Below, one piece after another: positions 20,001 to 30,087 of a stretch of DNA of 64,000 nucleotides. Origin of the DNA: Candidatus Eremiobacteria bacterium (GTDB taxonomy: Bacteria; Vulcanimicrobiota; Vulcanimicrobiia; Vulcanimicrobiales; Vulcanimicrobiaceae); NCBI GenBank assembly GCA_963737065.1, contig CAVTRC010000001.1:992001-1056000 (forward strand), read 5' to 3'. A program made the position numbers and the translations under genes. The notes under the pieces were generated by a model that saw nothing but the letters and a program-made list of their open reading frames with translations, ran no database searches and was not told the origin of the DNA. Numbering within the stretch: position 1 is the stretch's first letter; each line of letters begins with the position of its first letter.

Positions 20001-21217
20001 GCCAGGACGCTCAACTGCGAGAACGTCCCCGCGAGAATTTTTTGCGACGGGCGTCCGAGCCAACGCTCGAGCACGGTCGCATACACACTGCGGAAATCCG
20101 TCGTGAACGCGACGTTACCCATATTCGTCGTTTGCAGGTCGGGAAGCGAGCCGTAGACGCCGGCCTTTACACCGCCTCCGACGAGGAAGAGCGGCGATGC
20201 CTCACCATGATCCGTTCCACGGCTTCCGTTCTCGGCAATGCGACGCCCGAATTCACTGAACGTCATCGTCAGGACCCGATTGTCGTTGCCATGCGCCCGG
20301 AGATCGTCGTAAAACGCGTAGATCGCATCGGAAAACTCGCGTAAGAGGCGGTCTTGCGTACCTTTTTGACTCACGTGCGTATCGAAGGAACCGTGCTGCA
20401 CGTAGAGCACCCGCGTTCCGAGGTTGCTGCCGACGATCTGCGCCGCGAGCGCCAAACTTCTTCCAAGCGGCGTCGCCGGATACGATGCGTCGGTCTTATA
20501 GCCGGCGACGAGTTTCGGCAGCTCTTCGGACCCGCGTTGCGCATCGTCTTCGATTTGCGCGATATGCGCTAGATAGGGCGAGTCGAACGGAAACCTCTTG
20601 TCGCGAACAAGCTCGGCGTACGTCTTTCGCGCAATGTCGTTTCGATCGCTCACCAATCCATAGCCGTTCAGCTGTGCCACGGCGGGTACGTCAACCTTGT
20701 TCGATATTAGAGCTTCGGGAAGAACTTGCGCGAGCGCGAGACCGTTGAAAAGATTTTCTTGCGGAAGATTCGCTTCATCGAGATAGCGGCCGAGCCATCC
20801 GGTATGCTCGTAGCGATCGGGTATCGCCGTCTGCCAAATTTCCGTCGAGCGGAAATGTGAATGATCGGGATTGGGATATCCAACGCCTTGGACGATCGCC
20901 ATATCGCCCCGGTCGAAGAGCGCTTTGAGCGATTTCATCTCGGGATTGAATCCCAATTGCTCGTTGATTGCTAGAACGTCGCCGCGCGGGACCGCAAGCG
21001 TTGGACGCATCTGGTAGTACGCGTCGTTCCCGTGTGGAACGATGCAGTTCAGCCCGTCATTTCCACCTTGCAAATTGACGAGAACGAGAACGCGATTCTC
21101 TGCTCCCGGCAGTCCGGGCAGCGGAGTGTCCGCAAGCGCGCGTGCGAACACATGGTCCATGTTTGCAACAACCGCGAGCCCCGAGAGCGCGCCCAGTACG
21201 AACTTACCGCGTTTCAT
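19997..21217 (-). CDS. DUF1501 domain protein (Tat-like signal)
   Basis: LQGGNDGLN, YPNPDHSHFRS, FDTH, FSEFGRR, GTDHG, DFRSVY. Confidence 0.9.
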   Translation of the reverse strand: MKRGKFVLGALSGLAVVANMDHVFARALADTPLPGLPGAENRVLVLVNLQGGNDGLNCIVPHGNDAYYQMRPTLAVPRGDVLAINEQLGFNPEMKSLKALFDRGDMAIVQGVGYPNPDHSHFRSTEIWQTAIPDRYEHTGWLGRYLDEANLPQENLFNGLALAQVLPEALISNKVDVPAVAQLNGYGLVSDRNDIARKTYAELVRDKRFPFDSPYLAHIAQIEDDAQRGSEELPKLVAGYKTDASYPATPLGRSLALAAQIVGSNLGTRVLYVQHGSFDTHVSQKGTQDRLLREFSDAIYAFYDDLRAHGNDNRVLTMTFSEFGRRIAENGSRGTDHGEASPLFLVGGGVKAGVYGSLPDLQTTNMGNVAFTTDFRSVYATVLERWLGRPSQKILAGTFSQLSVLA

Positions 21218-21248
21218 GAATGTCTTATTTCGTCCTCTGATGTCTGGC

Positions 21249-22688
21249 CTAGGCTAACTGATAGGCGGGCATGGCCATCGCCAAGTATGCCGCACCGCGA
21301 ACGCGTTCTTGAAAGTTTTCGGCGCCGAGAGATTTGAGGGCAGAGGTGGAGACGCCGTTCAAATAGCCGAGCAGTTGCGTGCGCGCGATCTCGGGCGCAT
21401 CACCCTGCAAGAGAACTTCAATGAGCTCCAGGGACGCGCGGTTCGCGTCGACCGGGACCGCTTGCAACCACGACGATTCCGCCATCATCGGCGAATTGCT
21501 CAGTTGCGCGAGAAAGTTCTGTCGAGCGATGATCGTCTGCGATGTGATCCAATTCTGACCTCCGGGCCAACCGGCAACGTTGGGCGGATAAAACAGAATC
21601 TGACCCATTTGGTTGAGCGCACGCGGAGCGGCCGCGTCGATTTGCGAAAGCCCGAACGTCTGATGCGTTCCGACGACGAATTCGACGGGACTCTTTACGA
21701 GCGCGCGATACGCACGCCGCGAGAAAAAGACGTTACTTTGCAAGAGCGTTGACATCACGGGTGCAAGATTGAAATCGTACTTTCGGATCACGGCGGCCAG
21801 TCCATCGACGAGTTGCGGCTCTGGATCGTTGTAGACGAAATAATTAAGCAGCGTGTTGGCCCAAAACTTCGAAGCCGCGGGCTGTTGATAGATTATCGAA
21901 ACGATATCAGCGCCGTCGAAGTTCCCGGAGCGACCGAGGAACGTCTTGATTCCGCTGTCATGAATGCGCGGGTTGCTGACGAATTCGCCTGTTTGGCGGT
22001 TGATCGTCCACCCGGTGAAAGCTCGCGCAGACTGGCGGATGTCTTCTTCCGTGTAATTTCCGTGACCGAGCGTGAACAGTTCCATCAACTCACGCGCGTA
22101 GTTCTCATTCGGATGCGCCTTGTTGTTGCGCGCATTGTCCAAATACAGCAACATCCCGGGATCTTTGCTGACGGCAAGCGTCACGGCACGTAAATTGCCG
22201 AGCGCATTCTCGCGGAAGAGCTGATTTTGACCGTAGACGTACGTGGGCCACACGCCTTTTTGGATCGCGGCTGTTGTAAAGTGACCGTGAAAGAAGAACG
22301 TCATCTTCTCTTGCAGCGGTGCTGGCGTCGTGAGCATGCGATTGAGCCACCACATCTGCAGCGAGACGATCGACTGCCGCGAGTTCTTGCGAATCGTTTT
22401 CAGCGCGTCCATGCGCTGATCTTTAGGCAACCCCACGAGGTTCGCGATGTCGGGCTGGTAGAGGTCGGCGGGCGAAACGAGATTCGACGTGTCGGGGAAG
22501 TGCACGAGCGACTCCACGACGTCGTGCGGGCTGCTGCGTGTCGCGGCGGCGATCGCTTGCGGCGTGCCGCCGAATCCCGCACGGCGTAGCAAGTGCGCCG
22601 CGAGGCGCGAATCCCATTTCCCACCGTACGGAGCAAGCGCGGTTCGCGCATCGAGCGATCCTTCCGGACGATTGAATCCCGAGGCCAT
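21249..22688 (-). CDS. DUF1800 domain protein
   Basis: [48 protein letters not shown]. Confidence 0.9.
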   Translation of the reverse strand: MASGFNRPEGSLDARTALAPYGGKWDSRLAAHLLRRAGFGGTPQAIAAATRSSPHDVVESLVHFPDTSNLVSPADLYQPDIANLVGLPKDQRMDALKTIRKNSRQSIVSLQMWWLNRMLTTPAPLQEKMTFFFHGHFTTAAIQKGVWPTYVYGQNQLFRENALGNLRAVTLAVSKDPGMLLYLDNARNNKAHPNENYARELMELFTLGHGNYTEEDIRQSARAFTGWTINRQTGEFVSNPRIHDSGIKTFLGRSGNFDGADIVSIIYQQPAASKFWANTLLNYFVYNDPEPQLVDGLAAVIRKYDFNLAPVMSTLLQSNVFFSRRAYRALVKSPVEFVVGTHQTFGLSQIDAAAPRALNQMGQILFYPPNVAGWPGGQNWITSQTIIARQNFLAQLSNSPMMAESSWLQAVPVDANRASLELIEVLLQGDAPEIARTQLLGYLNGVSTSALKSLGAENFQERVRGAAYLAMAMPAYQLA

Positions 22689-22767
22689 ACACTTATTGAA
22701 CGCATCCAGCGACCCGAGCGTCATGAAGGACGGGTTAGGGCCGAGGCTTGCCGAACGAGCGGCCTTC

Positions 22768-24351
22768 GTGAGCCTTCTGGAATCTCGCCTGGACCCGCAA
22801 AGCGAGGCATTTGCGCTGAATGCGCATCGAATGACGACCTTGGTTAGCGAATATCGCGAACGACTCGAAGCCGTTCGCGGGGGTGGTGGCCCGGAAGCAA
22901 CCACAAAGCATCGCAAGCGCGGGAAGCTGACCGCGCGGCAACGGATCGACGAGTTAATTGATCCGGACTCGGATTTCCTCGAGTTCTCGGCGCTCGCCGC
23001 ATACGAGATGTATAAGGGCGACTCGCCTTCTGCGGGAATCGTCACGGGAATCGGTTGCGTCGAAGGCCAGCATTGCGTCATCGTCGCGAACGACGCGACG
23101 GTCAAAGGCGGCACGTACTACCCGATGACCGTCAAAAAGCATTTGCGCGCACAGGAGATCGCAGAGCAAAATCATCTGCCCTGCATCTATCTCGTGGATT
23201 CGGGCGGCGCGTTTCTTCCGTTGCAAGCGGACGTTTTTCCGGATCGCGATCACTTCGGACGCATCTTCTACAATCAAGCGCGCATGTCGGGAAAACGTAT
23301 TCCGCAGATCGCCGCGGTGATGGGATCGTGCACCGCTGGCGGCGCCTACGTGCCGGCTATGAGCGATGAAACCGTCATCGTCAAAGGCACCGGAACGATC
23401 TTTCTCGGCGGTCCGCCGCTCGTGAAAGCAGCGACGGGCGAAGAAGTGACCGCGGAAGAGCTCGGCGGCGCGGACGTTCACACGCGCATTTCAGGTGTTG
23501 CGGATCACTTTGCGAACGACGATCCCCACGCGCTCGGAATTGTTCGCGAAATCGTGCGCAACTTGCATCGCGAGCTGCCGCGCCAGTGGGATCGTGAAGA
23601 ACCACGCCGGCCGAAATACGACCCCCGCGACATCTACGGGATCATTCCAGCAGACAGCCGCACGGGCTACGACGTACGCGAAATCGTCGCGCGTCTCGTG
23701 GACGGTTCGGAATTTCACGAATTCAAAGCGCGTTACGGCACGACGCTCGTGTGCGGGTTCGCGCATATCGAGGGCCATCCGATCGGCATCCTCGCGAACA
23801 ACGGGATTCTTTTTAGCGAAAGCGCGCTCAAGGGCGCGCACTTCATCGAACTGTGTGCGCAGCGCGGCACGCCGCTGCTGTTCTTGCAGAATATCACCGG
23901 CTTCATGGTCGGCAAGCAATATGAGAACGGCGGCATTGCAAAAGACGGAGCAAAACTCGTGACCGCCGTCGCGTGCGCGGAAGTGCCGAAGTTCACGGTC
24001 GTGATCGGCGGCAGTTTCGGTGCGGGCAATTACGGCATGTGCGGACGCGCCTACTCGCCGCGTCAGTTGTGGATGTGGCCGAACGCCCGCATCAGCGTGA
24101 TGGGCGGAGCGCAAGCAGCGAGCGTCTTATCGACCGTGAAGGGGGACATGACGTCCGAAGAAAAGGCCAAATTCGAAGCGCCGATTCTCGAAAAATACGA
24201 GCACGAAGGTAATCCGTACTATTCGACGGCGCGTCTTTGGGACGACGGCATCATCGACCCGCTCGACACGCGCCGGGTCCTCGCAATCGGGCTGGACGCT
24301 GCCGCGCATGCGCCGCAGCCGCCCACGCACTTCGGCATCTTCCGAATGTAG
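22768..24351 (+). CDS. liuB: 3-methylcrotonyl-CoA carboxylase beta (carboxyltransferase) subunit
   Basis: [61 protein letters not shown]. Confidence 0.93.
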   Translation: MSLLESRLDPQSEAFALNAHRMTTLVSEYRERLEAVRGGGGPEATTKHRKRGKLTARQRIDELIDPDSDFLEFSALAAYEMYKGDSPSAGIVTGIGCVEGQHCVIVANDATVKGGTYYPMTVKKHLRAQEIAEQNHLPCIYLVDSGGAFLPLQADVFPDRDHFGRIFYNQARMSGKRIPQIAAVMGSCTAGGAYVPAMSDETVIVKGTGTIFLGGPPLVKAATGEEVTAEELGGADVHTRISGVADHFANDDPHALGIVREIVRNLHRELPRQWDREEPRRPKYDPRDIYGIIPADSRTGYDVREIVARLVDGSEFHEFKARYGTTLVCGFAHIEGHPIGILANNGILFSESALKGAHFIELCAQRGTPLLFLQNITGFMVGKQYENGGIAKDGAKLVTAVACAEVPKFTVVIGGSFGAGNYGMCGRAYSPRQLWMWPNARISVMGGAQAASVLSTVKGDMTSEEKAKFEAPILEKYEHEGNPYYSTARLWDDGIIDPLDTRRVLAIGLDAAAHAPQPPTHFGIFRM

Positions 24352-24365
24352 CGCACAAACGGCGC

Positions 24366-26114
24366 TCATGCCGTGGACGTAGACGCTTTCAACGCCAGCT
24401 CGCGGCGGAGCGATTCCATTTCACGGCGCAGCTGCTCCGCTTCAACATGGTCGAAGGCCGCGCCGGCGGCGTTCACGACGCCTTCGATCGCGCGCATTTC
24501 GTCGCCGTCGAGATCGGCGCCGTTCGTATGTTCGCCGTAGAGCACGATCGCAATGACGCGGCGCCGCGCGAGCACCGGAATCGCGAGAACGGGCCGCGCA
24601 GTACCGCTGGGAAGACTGGAAACCGGCCATCGTATCTCCGAGACTCGCAATGCCGTTTGCTCGGCCTCGACGTGCATGACTAGCGCATCCTGCCGCGAGA
24701 GGATTGAGACGCATTCGGGATCCCAGCCGCACGCGCGTACGCGCGCCCATTCGCCGCTATCGTTCATCTGAAATACCGCCGCCGACCCCAAGCCCAGAAT
24801 AACGAATGGCTCGTCCACCAGGAACTCGTGAATGACGTCCACCCGCTCGGAATGAAGCACCGCACGCGCTGCCTTCTCCAACCGCCGCTGTGCAACGTAC
24901 CGGGCGCGGAACAGCAGACGATCCACGAAGATATCGGCGCGCTTATGCAGATGATCGAGCCAAATTCCGAGCGCAATCGCCGTTACGAATTGCGTGACCG
25001 CTCCAAGTTGCGTTGCCTCGAGCTTCTTGTTGAAGATCCAATCCAACAGTCCAAAAACCAAGATGATAGAGCCGGTGAGGACTGACACGACGACGGCGCG
25101 GCTCAGGACGAACGTGACGTCGACGACGCGGCTTCGCATGATCCCGTAGACGACGAGCACGACGGCGATGCTTTGGACGACATAAAATATTTCGGCGACG
25201 ACGTATGAATCGTAGAACGGTTTCGTACCCAGCCACCACAGAGCGAACGCAGCCGCGCACCAGACGCCGCCGCCAAAAAGCACCCACGCCATCCGGTGCC
25301 GATCTCGCCCGTCGGCAATCACATAGTTGCGAATCAGTGCTGCGAGCGCTGTCGCGACCGCCAGCACTCCGATCGTAAAGCTAACGGCTGTCATGTTCGG
25401 GGCAAGCATACCGAAAAACGCCCACGACCCGACGGTATAGAGCGAAACCGCGATTTGCGCCAGAAACAAGATGAACGCGAAGCGTTGTGCGGGGCGCATC
25501 CATGGTGCGATGCGATTGTTGGGAACGCGGCTCGCAAAGACGATGACGAATATCCACAACGCCTGCAGTGCACTGCAAAACATCTCGCCGCCGACTACCC
25601 ACCAATAGCCGAACGGCGAAAGGTACTCACATATCGGGTTACTGATATTCAGCCCGACGAGCACGGCGAACAAGCTCCACGTCATCGCGCTCGGACGCAC
25701 GATCACGAGCCAGGCTGCGATTGCTAGCGCAATAAGCGCGAAGATCGTGCTGATGAGCTGCTGGATACGATACAGCGATTCCAGACCGATCTCGCGGGTC
25801 GTTACAACTGCCGTCAAATGCCGCGTACCGCGAATCAGCGGTAGCTCCAGCTTCGTACCGGGCGGCGGAAATTTGTACACGACGGGATCGTAGAGCCGGC
25901 GCATGGGCCACAATCGGGCAGCATCGATGCGATCGCCGGGCTTGATGCCGGCGGCTTGCGCTGATCCATTCGGCAAGACGCTCGCAATTCGTAGACGCGA
26001 GTCGGGAGCAATCCCCAGGTGTCCGAGTGGATACCAAATCTCCAGGAGCGGACCGAATCCGAAAAGCGCAATCAGAACCAATGCGACAAACACCGCTATC
26101 GCGCGTCCTGACAT
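24366..26114 (-). CDS. PDZ + multi-pass membrane + C-terminal GAF-like protein with no output domain
   Basis: IASVLPNGSAQAAGIKPGDRI (PDZ), about 9 hydrophobic helices, LAIPV...IAIVLYGEH..GADLD.DE (GAF end), short coil, stop. Confidence 0.65.
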   Translation of the reverse strand: MSGRAIAVFVALVLIALFGFGPLLEIWYPLGHLGIAPDSRLRIASVLPNGSAQAAGIKPGDRIDAARLWPMRRLYDPVVYKFPPPGTKLELPLIRGTRHLTAVVTTREIGLESLYRIQQLISTIFALIALAIAAWLVIVRPSAMTWSLFAVLVGLNISNPICEYLSPFGYWWVVGGEMFCSALQALWIFVIVFASRVPNNRIAPWMRPAQRFAFILFLAQIAVSLYTVGSWAFFGMLAPNMTAVSFTIGVLAVATALAALIRNYVIADGRDRHRMAWVLFGGGVWCAAAFALWWLGTKPFYDSYVVAEIFYVVQSIAVVLVVYGIMRSRVVDVTFVLSRAVVVSVLTGSIILVFGLLDWIFNKKLEATQLGAVTQFVTAIALGIWLDHLHKRADIFVDRLLFRARYVAQRRLEKAARAVLHSERVDVIHEFLVDEPFVILGLGSAAVFQMNDSGEWARVRACGWDPECVSILSRQDALVMHVEAEQTALRVSEIRWPVSSLPSGTARPVLAIPVLARRRVIAIVLYGEHTNGADLDGDEMRAIEGVVNAAGAAFDHVEAEQLRREMESLRRELALKASTSTA

Positions 26115-26225
26115 TACAGGGCCCGGTCTTGAGTCGACGCCGGGATTGTTGTTTCCATCACCCTCGCAGTGCTATCGTTCGAATAGCGCCGCTCTTTCTT
26201 TGCTTGATATTCGGGAGGACAGCTC

Positions 26226-26618
26226 GTGGACAGAAATAACGGTTCGGTCGATGTGGCTCCCGACCCGATTGTACCAACCGCGAGGGCTTTAGTTGACTCA
26301 CCGGTTCTTCGCCTGTGGGGTTATGTCGGTGATTCACTGCGAAGCGGATACATACGGCTCTACGCCGACCTCTCATTCCAGTCATACTACGAGATTCAAA
26401 CGAGCGATGTCCTCGAACGCGTCCGCCTTGGCGACAGAGACGGAGCTTCGGGGTCTCTGTTGACAGTGAAATTCGATGCAATACTGCAAGCGATGGAAAG
26501 CGGACCGGTCGGCGCGGATTGGTTGGCCGGCACAGTGACGGCCGAGAATCTACGCGGGGCAGGCCATGGGCCTCGCGCGTTGGGCCAGCCCCCGACCACG
26601 AAGACGAAATCGCGATAG
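26226..26618 (+). CDS. Putative RiPP precursor with long folded leader and Thr/Ser/Lys tail
   Basis: SD GGAGG + GTG; LWGYVGDS..GYIRLY.DLSF..YYEI...DVL leader; tail GQPPTTKTKSR; first gene before the kinase and HopA1 lyase. Confidence 0.6.
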   Translation: MDRNNGSVDVAPDPIVPTARALVDSPVLRLWGYVGDSLRSGYIRLYADLSFQSYYEIQTSDVLERVRLGDRDGASGSLLTVKFDAILQAMESGPVGADWLAGTVTAENLRGAGHGPRALGQPPTTKTKSR

Positions 26619-26636
26619 ACGGCCGCTCTCTCTCCA

Positions 26637-27695
26637 ATGGACGCCAAGTCGGCGGTTCAATGCCTCACGCGCTTCGGTGTTTTCGACGGTTGCCTTCCAG
26701 ACCACATCACGGTAACGTCCGCGAGCGGGCGCAACGATAACACGCTCGTACGTTGCGATGGGCGCGCCGCGTACCTGATCAAAGCCGCGTATCCGGCCGA
26801 CCCGGCTGCAGAGAGCGCACTCAAACGAGAGGCCGACTTCTGTGCCTTCTGCGCGGAGCATAGCCGCGCGCTCGACCTCGACGACCTCATACCGCGACTT
26901 GCGGCTATGGACGCGAATCGAAGCGTCTATGTCTACGACGTATTCCAGTCGGCTCTTCCACTTTCGTCAAGGTACGACAATCTGCCCGTTTGGTATAAAG
27001 TTGGCGTGAAACTCGCCGTACTTCAGCGCCGCTGCTCCGAGTTGGTGACCGGTGATTGCGCGCTCGGGCTATCGTCGGAACCTCCATCAATTCTGTCGAT
27101 GCACCGTCCGACGCCGCAGGATGTTTCGGAATTGACTGCGGCAACATGGGATCTGCTCTCGATCGTGCAGCGGCGCCCCGAATTTTGCGAACATCTCGAC
27201 GGCATTCGCGATACATGGACGGCGACAACGTTCACTCATGGCGATATTCGGGCCGCAAACGTGCTCATATCCAAGGCGCTCGATGAGCCACGCGTGCATT
27301 TCGTCGATTTCGAAACTGCCGCCTTCGGAGATCCCGCATGGGACGTCGCCGGTGCGCTCCAAGACATCGCCTTTGCCTGGATTCAATCGATGACCGCAAA
27401 TCCGGACCTCGCGCAGATGATCCGCTCCGCAAGGCGGCCCTTCGCTCAGCTTCAGTCGACGGCGCGTGCGCTCGTACGCGGATATCTTCACGCAAACGAC
27501 GCTACGAGTAGCGAGCGCGACGAGTTCATCGAGCGTGCTACGTGTTTCTCCGCGGCACGGCTGCTTCAATCGGCGTACGAATGTACGGCTGAGCTGGACG
27601 GCTTGCCCGCGCACGCAGTGCTTCTGCTCCAGCTCGCGGAAAATATCGCGGCCAATCCGCGACGCGCTGCGGAAGGCCTTTATGGAATCGCCTGA
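26637..27695 (+). CDS. APH-family phosphotransferase (LanK/TvaC-like peptide kinase)
   Basis: YLIK, KRE, HGDIRAAN (Brenner motif), VDFE, GDPAWDVAG. Confidence 0.8.
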   Translation: MDAKSAVQCLTRFGVFDGCLPDHITVTSASGRNDNTLVRCDGRAAYLIKAAYPADPAAESALKREADFCAFCAEHSRALDLDDLIPRLAAMDANRSVYVYDVFQSALPLSSRYDNLPVWYKVGVKLAVLQRRCSELVTGDCALGLSSEPPSILSMHRPTPQDVSELTAATWDLLSIVQRRPEFCEHLDGIRDTWTATTFTHGDIRAANVLISKALDEPRVHFVDFETAAFGDPAWDVAGALQDIAFAWIQSMTANPDLAQMIRSARRPFAQLQSTARALVRGYLHANDATSSERDEFIERATCFSAARLLQSAYECTAELDGLPAHAVLLLQLAENIAANPRRAAEGLYGIA

Positions 27696-28557
27696 CGTGC
27701 GCGCGATCGCCCACGATCGAACGTTGAAGCCGGGCAGCGACGACATCGCTGCGATCCTCTATGAAAGGGCCTACTGCCGCCTGCGGAATCCGTACGCCGC
27801 ACGGTCCTCACCGGACGAAAGGCCGCGCTTCATCGCCGAACTTTCGCTCGCGAATCGCGGAACCGGCCACCGGCAGACGGGTTGGACGCTCCTCGACACG
27901 GATGGCGATCGTTGCGTCGTTGCGAAAAACGGCGTGCGCTTTTATGCGAACCGGGGCGATGTGCGCACAACCGCGCAGAACGCATGTCGTGTTCGCATCG
28001 AAAAGGAGATGCGAGCGCTGATTCCGGGCTTCTATTGCGCCATCGGCGACGCAGACGGCAGCGACGATCCCGACGTCCCAATGTTGCGCCTCTACTGGAA
28101 TTTGCAGGCCGGCGCAGCAACGAAATACATCGCACTAATTACTGGCCAATGTAATCGCCTAGGCCTACCGTTCCGTACGAAAGTTCTCGCCGACCCAACA
28201 GCCTACCGGCGCGCCGATGCCGGTGTACTATACATAGAGCGAACCGACGCAGCAGCGTTCGCTTCAACGGTCCGCGACGTTTACACAGAAATTGCACCGC
28301 TTCTGCACCACGACGTTCCGATGTTTACCAAACGCATCGCTCCCGGTCTCGCATGGGCCGAAGATCCGGGCGGCGCGCGGAGTTTCGGCGAAACACGCTG
28401 TAGCGCAATCGCCGATGGATTGATCGCAGCCGGCGACTCGGCAAATGAAAACGAGCGCTATCGGCTTATGTGCGACGCGCTCGAGAACGCGCGCATCGAC
28501 ATACGCGAACCGTATCTGTGCGGCGGCCGCAGTGCCGCGTACGCGTGCTTTTTCTAG
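27682..28557 (+). CDS. HopA1-family protein (LanY/TvaD-like phospho-Ser/Thr lyase)
   Basis: PGFY, LRLYWNL, PFRTKVL, RADAGVLY, VPMFTK.IAPGLAWAEDP, SFGETRC; overlaps the kinase end. Confidence 0.8.
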   Translation: MESPDVRAIAHDRTLKPGSDDIAAILYERAYCRLRNPYAARSSPDERPRFIAELSLANRGTGHRQTGWTLLDTDGDRCVVAKNGVRFYANRGDVRTTAQNACRVRIEKEMRALIPGFYCAIGDADGSDDPDVPMLRLYWNLQAGAATKYIALITGQCNRLGLPFRTKVLADPTAYRRADAGVLYIERTDAAAFASTVRDVYTEIAPLLHHDVPMFTKRIAPGLAWAEDPGGARSFGETRCSAIADGLIAAGDSANENERYRLMCDALENARIDIREPYLCGGRSAAYACFF

Positions 28558-29267
28558 ATCTGCGGAAACGCCTTGGGATACAGCTTGTAGTAGTTTGGCG
28601 TTTCCAGCCACTTGCCGTTCGCATACTTCAGCGTTGCAGAAGCCTTCGGTTTGGTCGGGCAGCACAACGGCGCGTTTGCGCTGTAGTACGGTCCGCTCAA
28701 CAGTAACGACGCGCCATCACCGTTTTTGACGAGCTTCGCGTCGAGGTCGCAGGCGTTCTGTACGGTGACCGCCGGCACGACCTTATTGCTCTTCGGATCG
28801 AACGTGAAAACGGTCAGGCCGGCCATCCCGCAATCGGCACCGGTTTGATGCGTCTGCACGACGAGCTGCTCGGCGGCATCGCCCATCAGCGGCGCGGCGC
28901 CCACGATACCGGCGGTTTGACGCGGGAACCATATGCTCGCGCCGCTGGCCTTCGAAAGTTTGTCGAGCGGGCCGCCGTCGCGTGGCGATTGATAGCGCAA
29001 GCGATACGTGGTGTTATCGAGTTGATAGATCGAGACGTACCATTGATAGAACGTCTCACCGCTCCCCGTACCAACGGCCTTTTTACTGATGACGCCGCGC
29101 CATTGAGCGTGCATCGCTTCACCGGCCAAGTATGCCAGTTGACTTGCGACGACAGTTCCCGGCGGCGCGGGCGCAAATGTGACGTGCGCCGGCTCTTCCG
29201 CGGCAAGAGGCTGCGAAACGAACAGGGTGAATGCGGCGATCATTATCGCGCGCGTGAATCGATGCAT
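28554..29267 (-). CDS. Secreted hypothetical protein
   Basis: Signal peptide ending PLAA; C-terminal YYSANAPLCCP resembles LppP/LprE-like ends. Confidence 0.65.
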   Translation of the reverse strand: MHRFTRAIMIAAFTLFVSQPLAAEEPAHVTFAPAPPGTVVASQLAYLAGEAMHAQWRGVISKKAVGTGSGETFYQWYVSIYQLDNTTYRLRYQSPRDGGPLDKLSKASGASIWFPRQTAGIVGAAPLMGDAAEQLVVQTHQTGADCGMAGLTVFTFDPKSNKVVPAVTVQNACDLDAKLVKNGDGASLLLSGPYYSANAPLCCPTKPKASATLKYANGKWLETPNYYKLYPKAFPQI

Positions 29268-29346
29268 GTTAGCTTCTCCACTCCCAAGTAACGCGTGTGT
29301 AGAGCGTGGAGGAAACGCATTCCTGCGGATGATTACCGTGGACCGG

Positions 29347-30087
29347 CTAAATTCCGGCGTACCATTCGTATCCCTGATCTTCCCAATACCCGCCGGCTCC
29401 CGAATAAATAGTCGCGAACGAACCGACGAGTTCGATTCGCTCGATCCACTTGGCGCTTTTATACCCGAGTTGCGTCGGGATGCGCAAGCGAACCGGCGCG
29501 CCGTGGTCGGGGTCGAGCGGCGCATCGTTCAATCGTAGTGCCAGCAACGTCTGCGGATGCATCGCTTGATGAAGATCGAGGCTCTCGTAGTAGTGCACAT
29601 TCTGATCGTCTCTATCCATGCAATAAAACACGACGTACCGCGCATCCGCGCGCGGATGAACGGCGGCGAGAAAATCGCGTAAGCGCACGCCGCTCCATTT
29701 ACCGATGACGCTCCATCCCTCGACGCAGTCATGGCGCGTTATTTGCGTCGTCTGCTTCATCGCGTGTAATTCTCCGAGCGAGAACGTCCGTCGCCGTTCC
29801 ACGGCGCCGTCGACGATCAGCCGGTACGGTTCGAACCGGTGCGCGACGAGTTGCTCGTAATGCGAATCGCTCGGCGTAGGCAAGCCATTTACGCGAAAGT
29901 TGCGATCGACGTCTTTGTCAGTGTACTCCCGTGCCATGCCGTGCGTACCGATCAGCGCGTGATTGAGCTTTTCCGCCGAGTCGAGAACGGAGTGGAATTT
30001 CGGGTTGTTATTCAACGCGGTCGCGACCGGCGAACAGGCGGTAAGCGCGGACGAAACCGACGCCGCGATGAAAAGGCGGCGGTTCAC
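29347..30087 (-). CDS. Molybdopterin-dependent oxidoreductase (sulfite oxidase/MsrP-like), Tat-exported
   Basis: NRRLF Tat motif, HDCVEGWS, HPQTLLA, HGAPVRLRIP, GYKSAKW, GGYWEDQGY. Confidence 0.88.
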   Translation of the reverse strand: MNRRLFIAASVSSALTACSPVATALNNNPKFHSVLDSAEKLNHALIGTHGMAREYTDKDVDRNFRVNGLPTPSDSHYEQLVAHRFEPYRLIVDGAVERRRTFSLGELHAMKQTTQITRHDCVEGWSVIGKWSGVRLRDFLAAVHPRADARYVVFYCMDRDDQNVHYYESLDLHQAMHPQTLLALRLNDAPLDPDHGAPVRLRIPTQLGYKSAKWIERIELVGSFATIYSGAGGYWEDQGYEWYAGI

